Below are positions 34,472-43,697 of a DNA stretch of 47,608 bases, in pieces. The DNA comes from a virus. Taxonomy: Duplodnaviria > Caudoviricetes. How positions within the stretch are numbered: position 1 is the first letter of the stretch; each line of letters opens with the position of its first letter. The notes below the pieces were generated by a model. That model was not told the origin of the DNA. It saw nothing but the letters and a program-made list of their open reading frames with translations, and did no database searches. Both the position numbers and the translations under genes were made by a program. The DNA lies in the IMG/VR virus record IMGVR_UViG_3300049437_000015, positions 1 through 47,608 of that record; one strand, given 5' to 3'.

Positions 34472-35090
34472 CACACAACGCTTTACGGCGGCGATAGGTG
34501 CGTTGTGCGAGGCGTTTAACCGATCCCCGACCACTGCGACTTTCAAGGCTTACGAGTGGGGACTGGACGGAATTGCTATCGAATCGATCGAACGGGCCTC
34601 AAAGCAGGCGTTACGAACATCAAAGTTCATGCCGTCGCCTTCGGAGCTTCGGGAAATGGCGGGTGAGCTAAAGCCGCAAAACCGCGCCATACTGGCGTGG
34701 GACGCATTTAAGAAAGCGTTGAAGGAACATGGGTATTACCACTCGGTTGACTTCGACGACAAGGTAATCAACGCGACGATTCGCAACCTGGGAGGTTGGA
34801 TGAAGTGCGCCGAGGAAATTGACTCCCGGCCGTTGCATGAATTCGACACCTGGTTTCGCAAGGAATTCGAGCGGGTCTATGTGTCGCTGTTCGCTTCTGG
34901 CGTTGGCGGCGAATCGATCAAATATCTCTCGGGATACTACGAACTGGAAAATACGAGGAACGGCTACGAATACAGCGATGTAAAACTAATCGCCACGGGC
35001 TTGCCAGCACTCCCCCGAGAGGTTTTGAAAATCGAGAGTATCGTTGAAAAAACGGCGTTATCAATTGGCGTAGATAAAAAAGGAAAATAA
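34464..35090 (+). CDS. DUF6475-like protein (helicase loader/inhibitor position)
   Basis: KFMPSPSELRE, AW...K...G.Y.SVDFDD..I.A.I..LGGW. Confidence 0.7.
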   Translation: MNNTQRFTAAIGALCEAFNRSPTTATFKAYEWGLDGIAIESIERASKQALRTSKFMPSPSELREMAGELKPQNRAILAWDAFKKALKEHGYYHSVDFDDKVINATIRNLGGWMKCAEEIDSRPLHEFDTWFRKEFERVYVSLFASGVGGESIKYLSGYYELENTRNGYEYSDVKLIATGLPALPREVLKIESIVEKTALSIGVDKKGK

Positions 35091-35094
35091 CCCA

Positions 35095-35409
35095 ATGAAC
35101 TACCCGCCCCTGTCCGAACTAGACCCCGCAGAAACCGCCCGTATGGCTCCGATATTTGACGACTCGCGTTACAAGACCCGCATTGAAATGCGCGAGCTTC
35201 AAGAGCGGTACGAACGGCGGATCGGATTACTGAAAAGGAAATTGGCGATAGCGGAGCAATGGATCGAAAACGAACTCGCCCGGCAAAAGTTGGAAGAAAT
35301 CGAGTTGCTTAAATTCCGCGTCGGGTTCGCTAACTGTGACGCGGAGATGGAGCGTATCGAAAAGAAGTACGCGAAGAAACGCGAGGCTATTTTAGGAGGC
35401 GAGCAATGA
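35095..35409 (+). CDS. Hypothetical coiled-coil protein
   Basis: Packed ORF. Confidence 0.55.
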   Translation: MNYPPLSELDPAETARMAPIFDDSRYKTRIEMRELQERYERRIGLLKRKLAIAEQWIENELARQKLEEIELLKFRVGFANCDAEMERIEKKYAKKREAILGGEQ

Positions 35410-35756
35410 CTGAACTTGAACGGAAAACGCTGATTGAGTTTATGGGGTGGAAAAAAATCGGTCCATACTATTGGAAAGACCGAGATGAACAAAGAATCAC
35501 ACGTTATGATCCATGTAAAGTGTTTCGTGGTATTACCGACCGTGACGATACCGCGCTGTTGATTGATGAAGTCATGCGGCGCGGCAAAGAATGGGAAGCG
35601 ATGTTTGTGAATCGGCTCTACGAAGAAATCCGCGAACTGCAAATCTACAAGCAAACAGACTGGAATGTGTTGCAGGGAATGCTAACTCCTCCCGAGAACA
35701 TCATTCGAGCCGTACTGAACACAATCAAGGATATGGAGGCCAGCAATGACACTTGA
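35406..35756 (+). CDS. Hypothetical protein
   Basis: AGGAGG SD; ATGA overlap. Confidence 0.6.
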   Translation: MTELERKTLIEFMGWKKIGPYYWKDRDEQRITRYDPCKVFRGITDRDDTALLIDEVMRRGKEWEAMFVNRLYEEIRELQIYKQTDWNVLQGMLTPPENIIRAVLNTIKDMEASNDT

Positions 35757-35949
35757 CAAGATCGAGGTCGGCAAGACGTATGAGAACAATAATGGTACGG
35801 TGAGACGGGAAATAATCAAAGTCATCGGAAGCGTACCAACATCCATCTATTATCGTGAATATGTGAACAAAAATGGCGAGTGGCATTTTTACGGAACGTC
35901 GCTTGGGTATATCAAGCAATTTCAACAATGGGCGAAACGGGAGATTTAA
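35746..35949 (+). CDS. Hypothetical protein
   Basis: GGAGG SD; IEVGKTY...F.QWA. Confidence 0.6.
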   Translation: MTLDKIEVGKTYENNNGTVRREIIKVIGSVPTSIYYREYVNKNGEWHFYGTSLGYIKQFQQWAKREI

Positions 35950-35950
35950 G

Positions 35951-36304
35951 ATGAAACCGCCGTTTAGATTTGAAGTTGATAGCCGTGGTGGTGATTACAG
36001 AGCCATACGCGATGAAAGTGGAACCGAAGTAGGCCGAATTCGGCGCGAACATGCAGATACACTAGCCGTTGCCTTGAACGCGGGAACAGAGAAGCAAGCC
36101 TATCCTTCGCTCTGGTGCAATGGTGAAATGCTCGATGCCGAGTGGCACGGAATAATGCCGCAACTCGGATGGATTATTGAGCTTAACGACGAAGAATACC
36201 GTGTCGATAAGATTACCGTTTGTGCCGGAATTGTAATCGACGTTGTGAAAATTTCCAAACCGGAAATAACCGTAATCAAGGAGGCCGAACATGAAACTGA
36301 CTGA
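35951..36304 (+). CDS. Hypothetical protein
   Basis: GGGAG SD before ATG 35951. Confidence 0.55.
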   Translation: MKPPFRFEVDSRGGDYRAIRDESGTEVGRIRREHADTLAVALNAGTEKQAYPSLWCNGEMLDAEWHGIMPQLGWIIELNDEEYRVDKITVCAGIVIDVVKISKPEITVIKEAEHETD

Positions 36305-36635
36305 CGAACAAATCGAACGGTTGCGAAGTTTAGTCCACACGGTCAAATCGAACGAAGATGCCGACGCTATTGCAACGGCTATGACGATTGCGAAGCGGCA
36401 GACCATGCCGAAGCTTAACTGGCGGAAACGGGAGGAGCATTTCGAGACGTTTGAGGATGGGGAAGAGTTGTTTGTGTACGACAGGTGGGGCGAATATGAC
36501 GCAATACGGTTTTGTGTCGATGAAGGCAGATTTGAAATCAACTGTCATAACAATAACTGGGGCAATGATTGGGAAGATGTAGTTTATTGGCTTCCACTTT
36601 CCGAACTCGCCGCAACCCTGCCGGAGGAAAAGTAA
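36291..36635 (+). CDS. Hypothetical protein (DUF551-like C-terminus)
   Basis: AAGGAGG SD; DVVYWLPL. Confidence 0.6.
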   Translation: MKLTDEQIERLRSLVHTVKSNEDADAIATAMTIAKRQTMPKLNWRKREEHFETFEDGEELFVYDRWGEYDAIRFCVDEGRFEINCHNNNWGNDWEDVVYWLPLSELAATLPEEK

Positions 36636-37078
36636 TGGCCGTTCGACTGACCATCATCGTACCGGGTGAGCCGATTGCACAACCGCGAGTCAAGGCGACT
36701 GCATTTGGCGGACGTGCCCGCGTCTATACTCCGACGAAAAACGGCATCGCCGACTATAAGGCGACAATTCGCAAGATTGCGAGCGAGTCGTTTGCTGGGC
36801 CGCTATTGGATTGTCCGCTCGTCGTCGATTGCGAATTTGTGTTCTCGCGTCCGAAGCGACTGGTATGGAAGAAAAGGCCAATGCCGAGGGAGCCAATGAC
36901 CTCCAAACGCGACCGTGATAATTTGGACAAGGCGGTTCTCGACGCGCTAACGAACGTAATTTTGACCGATGACAAATTGGTTTACGACGGTCGGATACAG
37001 AAGTGGTACGCGGAAGGTGATGAACTGCCGCATACGAAGATCACGATTGAATGGAACGAAACCCCGGAGGTGCGATAA
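36635..37078 (+). CDS. rusA: RusA-family Holliday junction resolvase
   Basis: GEPIAQPR, KRDRDNLDKAVLDAL, DDKLV, KWY. Confidence 0.9.
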   Translation: MAVRLTIIVPGEPIAQPRVKATAFGGRARVYTPTKNGIADYKATIRKIASESFAGPLLDCPLVVDCEFVFSRPKRLVWKKRPMPREPMTSKRDRDNLDKAVLDALTNVILTDDKLVYDGRIQKWYAEGDELPHTKITIEWNETPEVR

Positions 37079-37272
37079 TGCCCACCATAACCGCATACCA
37101 GATGCAACGGCGAGTAGCAATCTCGAAGGCCCAATGTTCGATTACGGATGCGATGATGGGCCACGAACTAACCGCCCTTGAATGGCTCCATGTATTTCAT
37201 ACATCCTCGCAAAGAATGATCGGCGAAGGCTTGAAAGAAGAGTGGAACGAAGAAGATCAAGGAAACCAATAA
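37078..37272 (+). CDS. Hypothetical protein
   Basis: GGAGG SD; TAATG coupling at both ends. Confidence 0.55.
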   Translation: MPTITAYQMQRRVAISKAQCSITDAMMGHELTALEWLHVFHTSSQRMIGEGLKEEWNEEDQGNQ

Positions 37273-37457
37273 TGCTCATCCCCGAACTCGAACGAACGCT
37301 GAAGCCGTGCAAGTGTGGTCATCGCGTGACCATAAAAGAAGTATTTGAAATCGGCACTATCATAACGTGTCCGAATCCTTATTGCGAAGAAGGCCCTGTG
37401 CGATTCATCAGCAAGCCCGAACAAGCCGCCGCAATCTGGAACGAAAGGAGAGGCTAA
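37272..37457 (+). CDS. Lar-family restriction alleviation-like zinc protein
   Basis: LKPCKCG...ITCPNPYC...EQAAAIWNER. Confidence 0.65.
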   Translation: MLIPELERTLKPCKCGHRVTIKEVFEIGTIITCPNPYCEEGPVRFISKPEQAAAIWNERRG

Positions 37458-37679
37458 ATGCTCTTAAAACTCAGCGAATTCAGAGGTGACGGCAACGGCA
37501 GCAGCGCGGTTTTTATCAACACGGATGAAGTAGCATTCATTCGCAAGTGGAATTACCATTCATTCCGTCCGGCGATTACCGAAGTCGGATTGAACACTGG
37601 AGAGAAAATTCACGTTTGGGAAGAAATCGAAATTATTGAAAAGAGGCTTGCGGCAACGAAAGGAAGCAATCGTGATTGA
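37458..37679 (+). CDS. Hypothetical protein (FlbD-like)
   Basis: VFINTDEV..I...TEV.L.TGEKI.V.E..E.I. Confidence 0.55.
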   Translation: MLLKLSEFRGDGNGSSAVFINTDEVAFIRKWNYHSFRPAITEVGLNTGEKIHVWEEIEIIEKRLAATKGSNRD

Positions 37680-37768
37680 ATTCGTTCAAGCCTACCGCGT
37701 CGTGGATGAATCGATGGGTGTGCGATAAGTGTGGAAAGAAAATCAGTAGATAACGAAAGGCCCGGCGA

Positions 37769-38575
37769 ATGATTCGCGTATTCCCACGTCGAACCAAATG
37801 GACGCCAACCGATGAACTGGCGTTCGTCGGCGACCTCCCATTGCCCGGACTTCACCCAGAAGATCGGAACATTCCAGTATTGATTTCGTGTGTCTTTACG
37901 TGGGACAAGCCAGAAGCCGAGAGGCTGTATTTCTCGTGGAATCGTTATTACCATCACGTTTCGCTCGGCGGCCCGGCTTATGGCGATTGCGGTGGAGATT
38001 TTGTCGCCGGTCGATTCATCAAAGAAGGCGTCACGATTACGAGCCGTGGATGCCCCAGAAAATGCCCGTGGTGCGTTGTGCCAAGTCGCGAGGGACGGAT
38101 TCGAGAATTGCCGATCGTGCCCGGCTGGATTGTCCAGGATAACAATTTGCTCGCCTGCTCGGAGAAACACCTGGACGCCGTTTTCAAAATGCTTCGAGAG
38201 CAGAAACGCGGGATTGTTTTTTCTGGCGGGCTGGATGCTAGGTTATTCACCGAATCGACCATTGAACGCTTGAAATCGATTCGGATTAAGGAACTATGGT
38301 TTGCCTGCGACGACGAAAACGCGATACCAGCATTGAGGCGGGTAGCGGAACTTTGCGAAGGAATATCGATTGAAAAGAAACGCTGTTATGTGATGATCGG
38401 GCACGCCTACGAATCTCTTCCCGACGCACGACATCGGCTAGAAACTGTTTACTGTCTCGGATTTTTACCGTTCGCTCAACTATATCGCCGAGAACTCGAA
38501 ACTAATTATCCGAGCGAATGGAAAGCACTGGCGAGAAAATGGAGCCGTCCAGCGGCTTACAGAAAGGACCAATAA
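37769..38575 (+). CDS. Radical SAM protein
   Basis: TSRGCPRKCPWCVVP (CxxxCxxC), DNNLLA, F.GGLDARL. Confidence 0.85.
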   Translation: MIRVFPRRTKWTPTDELAFVGDLPLPGLHPEDRNIPVLISCVFTWDKPEAERLYFSWNRYYHHVSLGGPAYGDCGGDFVAGRFIKEGVTITSRGCPRKCPWCVVPSREGRIRELPIVPGWIVQDNNLLACSEKHLDAVFKMLREQKRGIVFSGGLDARLFTESTIERLKSIRIKELWFACDDENAIPALRRVAELCEGISIEKKRCYVMIGHAYESLPDARHRLETVYCLGFLPFAQLYRRELETNYPSEWKALARKWSRPAAYRKDQ

Positions 38576-39294
38576 TGCTCATCCCCGAACTCGAACGAAC
38601 GTTGAAGCCGTGCCCTAAGCCTCGGCTGCTTGATTTGTTCTGCGGTGCCGGCGGCTGTTCGGTGGGCTACCATCGCGCGGGCTTTTACGTGGTCGGCGTT
38701 GATATCAATCCTCAGCCGAGATATCCGTTCGAGTTTCATCAAGCCGACGCGATGGAATTTCCGCTTGATGGGTTCGATGTGATACACGCAAGTCCTCCGT
38801 GCCAAGCCTATTGTGCGTTGCGGCATTTGCATCCTGAGAAACGATACCCGGATTTGATCGCATGGACTCGGCAACGACTGATTGATGCCAAAGTGCCGTT
38901 TGTTATCGAGAACGTGCCGAAAGCACCGTTGCTGCATCCAGTTCAGTTGTGCGGATCATCGTTTGGCTTGCGAGTGCGGCGGCATCGCATGTTTGAATCG
39001 AACGTGCATTTGTCGGGCGGTATGTGTCAGCATCGGATGCAAGGTAGGCCGATTGACGTTAGTGGGACAGGAGGGCCGCGAAGGGGCAAACGATCTGACA
39101 ACGGTGGAGGCAACCCCAACAAGCCAAGAAACATCCAAGAAGCGAGAGAAGCAATCGGCATTGACTGGATGACCCGAAAGGAACTCAGTCAAGCAATTCC
39201 ACCCGCTTATACCGAATACATCGGCCGTCAGTTGATGAAGTATTTAACTCCCGCCGAAGCCGTAGAAATCTGGAACGAAAGGATTGGAACGTGA
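38575..39294 (+). CDS. DNA cytosine-C5 methyltransferase with Lar-like termini
   Basis: LLDLFCGAGG (motif I), ASPPCQ (IV), IENV (VI), RHR.F (VIII), AIPP (X). Confidence 0.88.
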   Translation: MLIPELERTLKPCPKPRLLDLFCGAGGCSVGYHRAGFYVVGVDINPQPRYPFEFHQADAMEFPLDGFDVIHASPPCQAYCALRHLHPEKRYPDLIAWTRQRLIDAKVPFVIENVPKAPLLHPVQLCGSSFGLRVRRHRMFESNVHLSGGMCQHRMQGRPIDVSGTGGPRRGKRSDNGGGNPNKPRNIQEAREAIGIDWMTRKELSQAIPPAYTEYIGRQLMKYLTPAEAVEIWNERIGT

Positions 39295-40151
39295 TTGAAT
39301 TCGTGCAAGCCGACTGCCTGGAGTGGATGCGGGAACAACCTGAAGGCCGGTTCGATTTGGTTTTCGGTTCGCCTCCCTATGAGGACGCTCGCACTTACGG
39401 AATCGATTTCAACCTAAAAGGCCAGGACTGGGTTGACTGGATGGTAAGCGTGTTCCGTGAATCGCTACGCATCTGCAAAGGACTTGTAGCTTTCGTAGTT
39501 GAAGGCAGGACGAACGATTACCGTTACACGGCGACTCCGTTGCTGCTTATGGCCGACTTGCACCGCGCGGGGATCACGCTGAGAAAACCACCGCTTTACA
39601 TTCGTGACGGCATACCGGGAAGTGGTGGGCCTGATTTTTTGAAGAATCGATACGAATTTATCGTGTGTGCAACGAACGGCGGAAAATTGCCGTGGAGCGA
39701 TAACACGGCTTGCGGGCATGAATGCAAGTATCCTCCCGGCGGCGCGATGAGCAATAGAACAAAAACAGGGTTGCGTGTTGGTGGAATGAGAAGGGCTAAT
39801 GGCAAAAGAAGACTTCATGGATATACACATCCCAAGATAGCCAACCCCGGAAACTGGCTCGAATTCCCGGATCATGGCGTCGGCATCGATTGTGGTCCCG
39901 GCGGCGGCGGTCATTTAGGGAATGATCTTGCACACGAAAACGAAGCACCCTTTCCGCTTGGGCTTGCGGAATTCTTCGTCAAGTCGTTTTGCCAACCTGG
40001 AGGATGGTGCCTCGATCCATTCAGCGGAAGCGGCACAACCGCCGAGGCTTGTGAAATCAATGGCAGAAATTGCGTCGGTGTCGATATCCGCGAATCGCAA
40101 ATAGAACTTGGGGAACGGCGTTGTCGGAATGTTCAGAAAGTGTTGGTTTAG
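39291..40151 (+). CDS. DNA N4-cytosine/N6-adenine methyltransferase, beta class
   Basis: GSPPY catalytic motif, APFP..L, LDPFSGSGTT. Confidence 0.88.
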   Translation: MIEFVQADCLEWMREQPEGRFDLVFGSPPYEDARTYGIDFNLKGQDWVDWMVSVFRESLRICKGLVAFVVEGRTNDYRYTATPLLLMADLHRAGITLRKPPLYIRDGIPGSGGPDFLKNRYEFIVCATNGGKLPWSDNTACGHECKYPPGGAMSNRTKTGLRVGGMRRANGKRRLHGYTHPKIANPGNWLEFPDHGVGIDCGPGGGGHLGNDLAHENEAPFPLGLAEFFVKSFCQPGGWCLDPFSGSGTTAEACEINGRNCVGVDIRESQIELGERRCRNVQKVLV

Positions 40152-40162
40152 AAAGGACAGTC

Positions 40163-40264
40163 ATGAGCGACAGAATCTTATTTGATGTGCTGTGCGATTT
40201 TGCCATGTTTCTTTCTCTGGTCATGATCTTCATAGCAATAAGGGGATTGAAAAATGAGCGATAG
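40163..40264 (+). CDS. Small membrane peptide
   Basis: AAGGA SD; single hydrophobic helix. Confidence 0.45.
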   Translation: MSDRILFDVLCDFAMFLSLVMIFIAIRGLKNER

Positions 40265-40649
40265 GTACCTCGAAGCGGCGGAAGCGATTGTAAAAGAGTG
40301 CCGTGGTATCGGCAGAGAAATCGACCCAATAACAACGGAAGAAGTTCTTGACATCCTCCGCGAAAAGCTGGGCGATGAAAAGCCGAAGCAAGACCGTGAG
40401 AAGTGGATCGAGGAAACGGCAGCTATGATAAAAGAGGGGTTGCTTGAACCAATAACCATCATTACCGACCGCCTACCGATGCTGGAGAGTGAACAAATTA
40501 CAACGCTCGAAGCGGAGAACGCGAAGCTCAAAGCGGAGAACGACGACCTGCGACGACATGAGGGAGTAATCGAATATCTTGATAATCTCCGAAAGTTCGA
40601 GGAGGCATCAAGAGAGGCGATGAAAAATGACAAAACTAAAATAATGTAA
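40254..40649 (+). CDS. Hypothetical coiled-coil protein
   Basis: Packed ORF. Confidence 0.6.
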   Translation: MSDRYLEAAEAIVKECRGIGREIDPITTEEVLDILREKLGDEKPKQDREKWIEETAAMIKEGLLEPITIITDRLPMLESEQITTLEAENAKLKAENDDLRRHEGVIEYLDNLRKFEEASREAMKNDKTKIM

Positions 40650-40671
40650 TTCTCGCGGCGAAGGGAGAGGA

Positions 40672-40863
40672 ATGATGTATCATAAAAATGAAATCGAAAA
40701 GGTGCGATATCTAGCTGGTTATGTGAAGGGAGTTGCGAAAGCGACTTCTGATGCTGAAATGGCGGAAGCGGCAAAATATCTCGAAGAGCTGTCCTGTTAT
40801 ATCTGTGGACAAGGATATGTGCGTTGTGATGGAGGGCCTGAGTGTGATTCGGATCATAAATGA
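40672..40863 (+). CDS. Hypothetical protein
   Basis: Purine-rich SD; CYICG...C.GG..C.SDHK. Confidence 0.6.
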   Translation: MMYHKNEIEKVRYLAGYVKGVAKATSDAEMAEAAKYLEELSCYICGQGYVRCDGGPECDSDHK

Positions 40864-40906
40864 AAAATCATTGAATAGCGAAACCCCAACCGCGAAGGAG
40901 TGAGCG

Positions 40907-42583
40907 ATGCCAGGAATAGGAAAACGAGTTGCGATCCTTGAACAGCGAATCGAAGCCCTAGAATCACGTTTTGCCACGCCGAAAGCCGATGGTCCGACGG
41001 AGGATAGGCCGTGGTGGTTTTACTATGAAGACGGAACATACCTTCGATTTACGTCATCGGTGGTTCCTAATGATAGCAATGCTCGGTTTATGTCCAATGG
41101 TAGGCCATTCTCCAGGCATTGCGATTGGGATATTAGAGAGATGACTTCAAGTTGCTGGACTCGCCTTCCCGACGAGACTCCGCTGCCGGTTCTCGAATAT
41201 GCGGACATGATGCGACGGAAAGAATGTGAATGGAAAAAGGATAATTGCGATCCGCCGTGTCTTTTTAGGATATCAGCGTCGGAAACTCACATGATGTCGC
41301 ATGATGGTCAATGGGAGGTAATTAAACCTATAAGTCCAATCACTGAAAACAAAGTCACCCCCGAAGAATCCGCCGCCATCGAAGCCCGGTTGCGAGGATT
41401 CGAGAACGTCGAGGCGATGCTGAGGGAGGATGAGAAGAAATGCAACCGCGACACAACTCTGCCATGCGAAGTGACGATCATTACCGATCCGGCTCATGTG
41501 CTTCAAGAGCAGCTTGCCGAGTCGGAACGGAAGCGGGAGGAGGCAGAAGAAGAGAATACTCGCCTGCAAGAAAAACTTATAGCTGCCATAGCTAGAGAAG
41601 ATAACACGCGGGAGAGCAACGACGAACTCAAACGACAACTCGCCAAGCGGTATGATCTGCTTGAAACCGCATGGGGCGTAATTGCAAACGCTCATTTTGG
41701 AGATTGGGAATCCGCTAGTAAAGATTGGCGAACAGCAGCAGAGCGATGGCGTGACCAATGTCACGTTTTGCAAGCCGTCCGCAAAGCCACTGGGGTGGAA
41801 GAAACGCCGAAGCCGAAAGCGGAGAAGGTGGAGTGGAGAGACAGGCGTGATTCATCTTATGCGAACATCGAAAACTACGCGATTGAGGTAAGCTGCAACG
41901 GTCCCGAAAATTGGGACTGGAATATTACCATGAACGAAATGAGCGGAAATGAATCGTCGCAATACGAAGCCAGGTCAGCCGCCGAGAAGGCACTGGCCGA
42001 GTTGACGGCGAAGAGCGAGCAATCCGAAGTCGAGCAACCTAAAAACAAAACCGTCAAGGTATACCTTGACTATGAGGAAGATGAAAAAACGGGCGATGTA
42101 CGGATTGTGCAACGCGATCCAGAGCAATCCGAAGTCGAGCAACTGCGGAAGCGGGTTGAACATGCCGAACAAGGACACGCGAATGTATTGCTCGAAAATG
42201 AAAATCTGCATACGGAATTGACGGTGGCAAAGAAGCGGTGCGAAGAGTTGGAAAAGCAACTCTGTATCGCCGCCAAAATCGAAAGCGGAAACGCGAGGGA
42301 ATTTGATTGGGCAGTTCTCGGAAAGATTGATGAATTGGAAACCCAACTCGCCGAAGCCACTCGCCCGAAGTCCAACGCCGAAGCGCGGGGGATCGCGGCG
42401 GAATTCATTGAAAACAACGACTATGGACCCAGTGCCAAGAAGCTGATTGTACCTGCGTTTCTGGCAATCCTCGAATCGCAAAACCTCCTCGCCACCGACG
42501 AAACCGTGCTGCGAATGAGAGAGTTGGAAGCGGAAAACGTAAAGTACCGAAGTATCATTAAGAATGTGTTCGATGCAAAGTAG
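40907..42583 (+). CDS. Large mosaic coiled-coil hypothetical protein
   Basis: AAGGAG SD; 558 aa of alternating small domains and coiled coils. Confidence 0.7.
   Translation: MPGIGKRVAILEQRIEALESRFATPKADGPTEDRPWWFYYEDGTYLRFTSSVVPNDSNARFMSNGRPFSRHCDWDIREMTSSCWTRLPDETPLPVLEYADMMRRKECEWKKDNCDPPCLFRISASETHMMSHDGQWEVIKPISPITENKVTPEESAAIEARLRGFENVEAMLREDEKKCNRDTTLPCEVTIITDPAHVLQEQLAESERKREEAEEENTRLQEKLIAAIAREDNTRESNDELKRQLAKRYDLLETAWGVIANAHFGDWESASKDWRTAAERWRDQCHVLQAVRKATGVEETPKPKAEKVEWRDRRDSSYANIENYAIEVSCNGPENWDWNITMNEMSGNESSQYEARSAAEKALAELTAKSEQSEVEQPKNKTVKVYLDYEEDEKTGDVRIVQRDPEQSEVEQLRKRVEHAEQGHANVLLENENLHTELTVAKKRCEELEKQLCIAAKIESGNAREFDWAVLGKIDELETQLAEATRPKSNAEARGIAAEFIENNDYGPSAKKLIVPAFLAILESQNLLATDETVLRMRELEAENVKYRSIIKNVFDAK
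42017..42143 (+). repeat. 22-bp perfect direct repeat GAGCAATCCGAAGTCGAGCAAC (42017-42038, 42122-42143)
   Basis: Exact match, 105 bp apart, in frame. Confidence 0.9.
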
Positions 42584-42608
42584 AACGCCGAACGGAAAGG
42601 AGCGAGGG

Positions 42609-42782
42609 ATGAAAACGAAGGCTGAACGAGTGTCGGAGAAGATTTATAAAATTCTTGCAATGGGCAGCGACACTCCTGAACTATTTACGAACTCGCAGGG
42701 GGTTTGCAAGCTGGTTTCTATCCATTGGGCAAAAGAAATTATCGCCGAAATCCTCGAACGCGAATATGGGGAGGGGAAATGA
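42609..42782 (+). CDS. Hypothetical protein
   Basis: AAGGAG SD. Confidence 0.5.
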   Translation: MKTKAERVSEKIYKILAMGSDTPELFTNSQGVCKLVSIHWAKEIIAEILEREYGEGK

Positions 42783-42952
42783 TGTTTGCACCAATAACCG
42801 TACCACCACGGTTTATATTTGAGCGAAGATCAGGGGTAGCAGGATTTAGGTGTCTGCAATGTGGGCTTTGGATCGAGATGAATCAATACCCAGAAAATCA
42901 ATCATGGAAATGCCTTTGCGAAGATAAGGAACCCAAAAATGAGAACGCCTGA
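42779..42952 (+). CDS. Small Cys-containing hypothetical protein
   Basis: GGAGG SD; CLQC...CLC. Confidence 0.5.
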   Translation: MMFAPITVPPRFIFERRSGVAGFRCLQCGLWIEMNQYPENQSWKCLCEDKEPKNENA

Positions 42953-43370
42953 CGTTGATAGGGCGATCGCTTACGCAAGGAGCGTGCGAGAATCGATGAA
43001 AACGCTTAGAGGAATGTCTCTGCCTATCGATAGAACCGCCGAAAGACTGGAATCGGATATTAACATACTCGTCGATTACATTGAATCGCTGGAGAAGAAA
43101 AACGAGGAGTTGAAGGGGTTTGTCAACATTAAAACGGCTGACGGTGTTCAATGGATTGGGCAGCCAGTATGGACGACAACGTGTAACGGGGAAGTAATAT
43201 CCAACGAATTGACCGGGGAATTTAGATTCATGTATTTCCGGTCAAAAGAACGCAAAGAGTGGATGGCCTCTTTTCCATACGGATACGGAATTGGAAGCCC
43301 GGTCGAGTTGTGCTATTCGACTAAGGAGGCCGCGTTAAAAGCTTATGAAATCGAGCGGGCGGGGGAATAG
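42939..43370 (+). CDS. Hypothetical protein
   Basis: AAGGA SD; KTADGV...YSTKEAA. Confidence 0.6.
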   Translation: MRTPDVDRAIAYARSVRESMKTLRGMSLPIDRTAERLESDINILVDYIESLEKKNEELKGFVNIKTADGVQWIGQPVWTTTCNGEVISNELTGEFRFMYFRSKERKEWMASFPYGYGIGSPVELCYSTKEAALKAYEIERAGE

Positions 43371-43373
43371 GCT

Positions 43374-43655
43374 ATGAACCGAAAGGTGTCACCAATTGCG
43401 AACAACGACGGCGCGGGGATACTTAAATCAGATATGGCGATTTCGGTTATTGCTGAGAAAACCGGCGTCAGCGTCTACTATGTCCGAAAAGTAGTTCGCG
43501 GAGAGCCTAGAGATAAGTTCAAATTCCCCAAAAAGCCTAAATCCACATTCTGTAAGCATTGCGGGAGAGTCGTCGAACCGGCTTATGTGCAGAAAGTTGG
43601 GTGGGTCTTGTGCCTCGCTGAATACTTGGAAAAAAAGTTTCAAGAAAAGGATTGA
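43374..43655 (+). CDS. HTH plus zinc-knuckle protein, candidate regulator
   Basis: ISVIAEKTGVSVYYVRKV (HTH), CKHCG. Confidence 0.55.
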   Translation: MNRKVSPIANNDGAGILKSDMAISVIAEKTGVSVYYVRKVVRGEPRDKFKFPKKPKSTFCKHCGRVVEPAYVQKVGWVLCLAEYLEKKFQEKD

Positions 43656-43679
43656 CACGTTTTTCGGATATCGTTCAAT
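43652..43679 (+). promoter_or_regulatory. Putative promoter for the lysis-like module
   Basis: TTGACA-N16-TTCAAT. Confidence 0.5.
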
Positions 43680-43697
43680 GAAGGGCTGGAGGACAAT

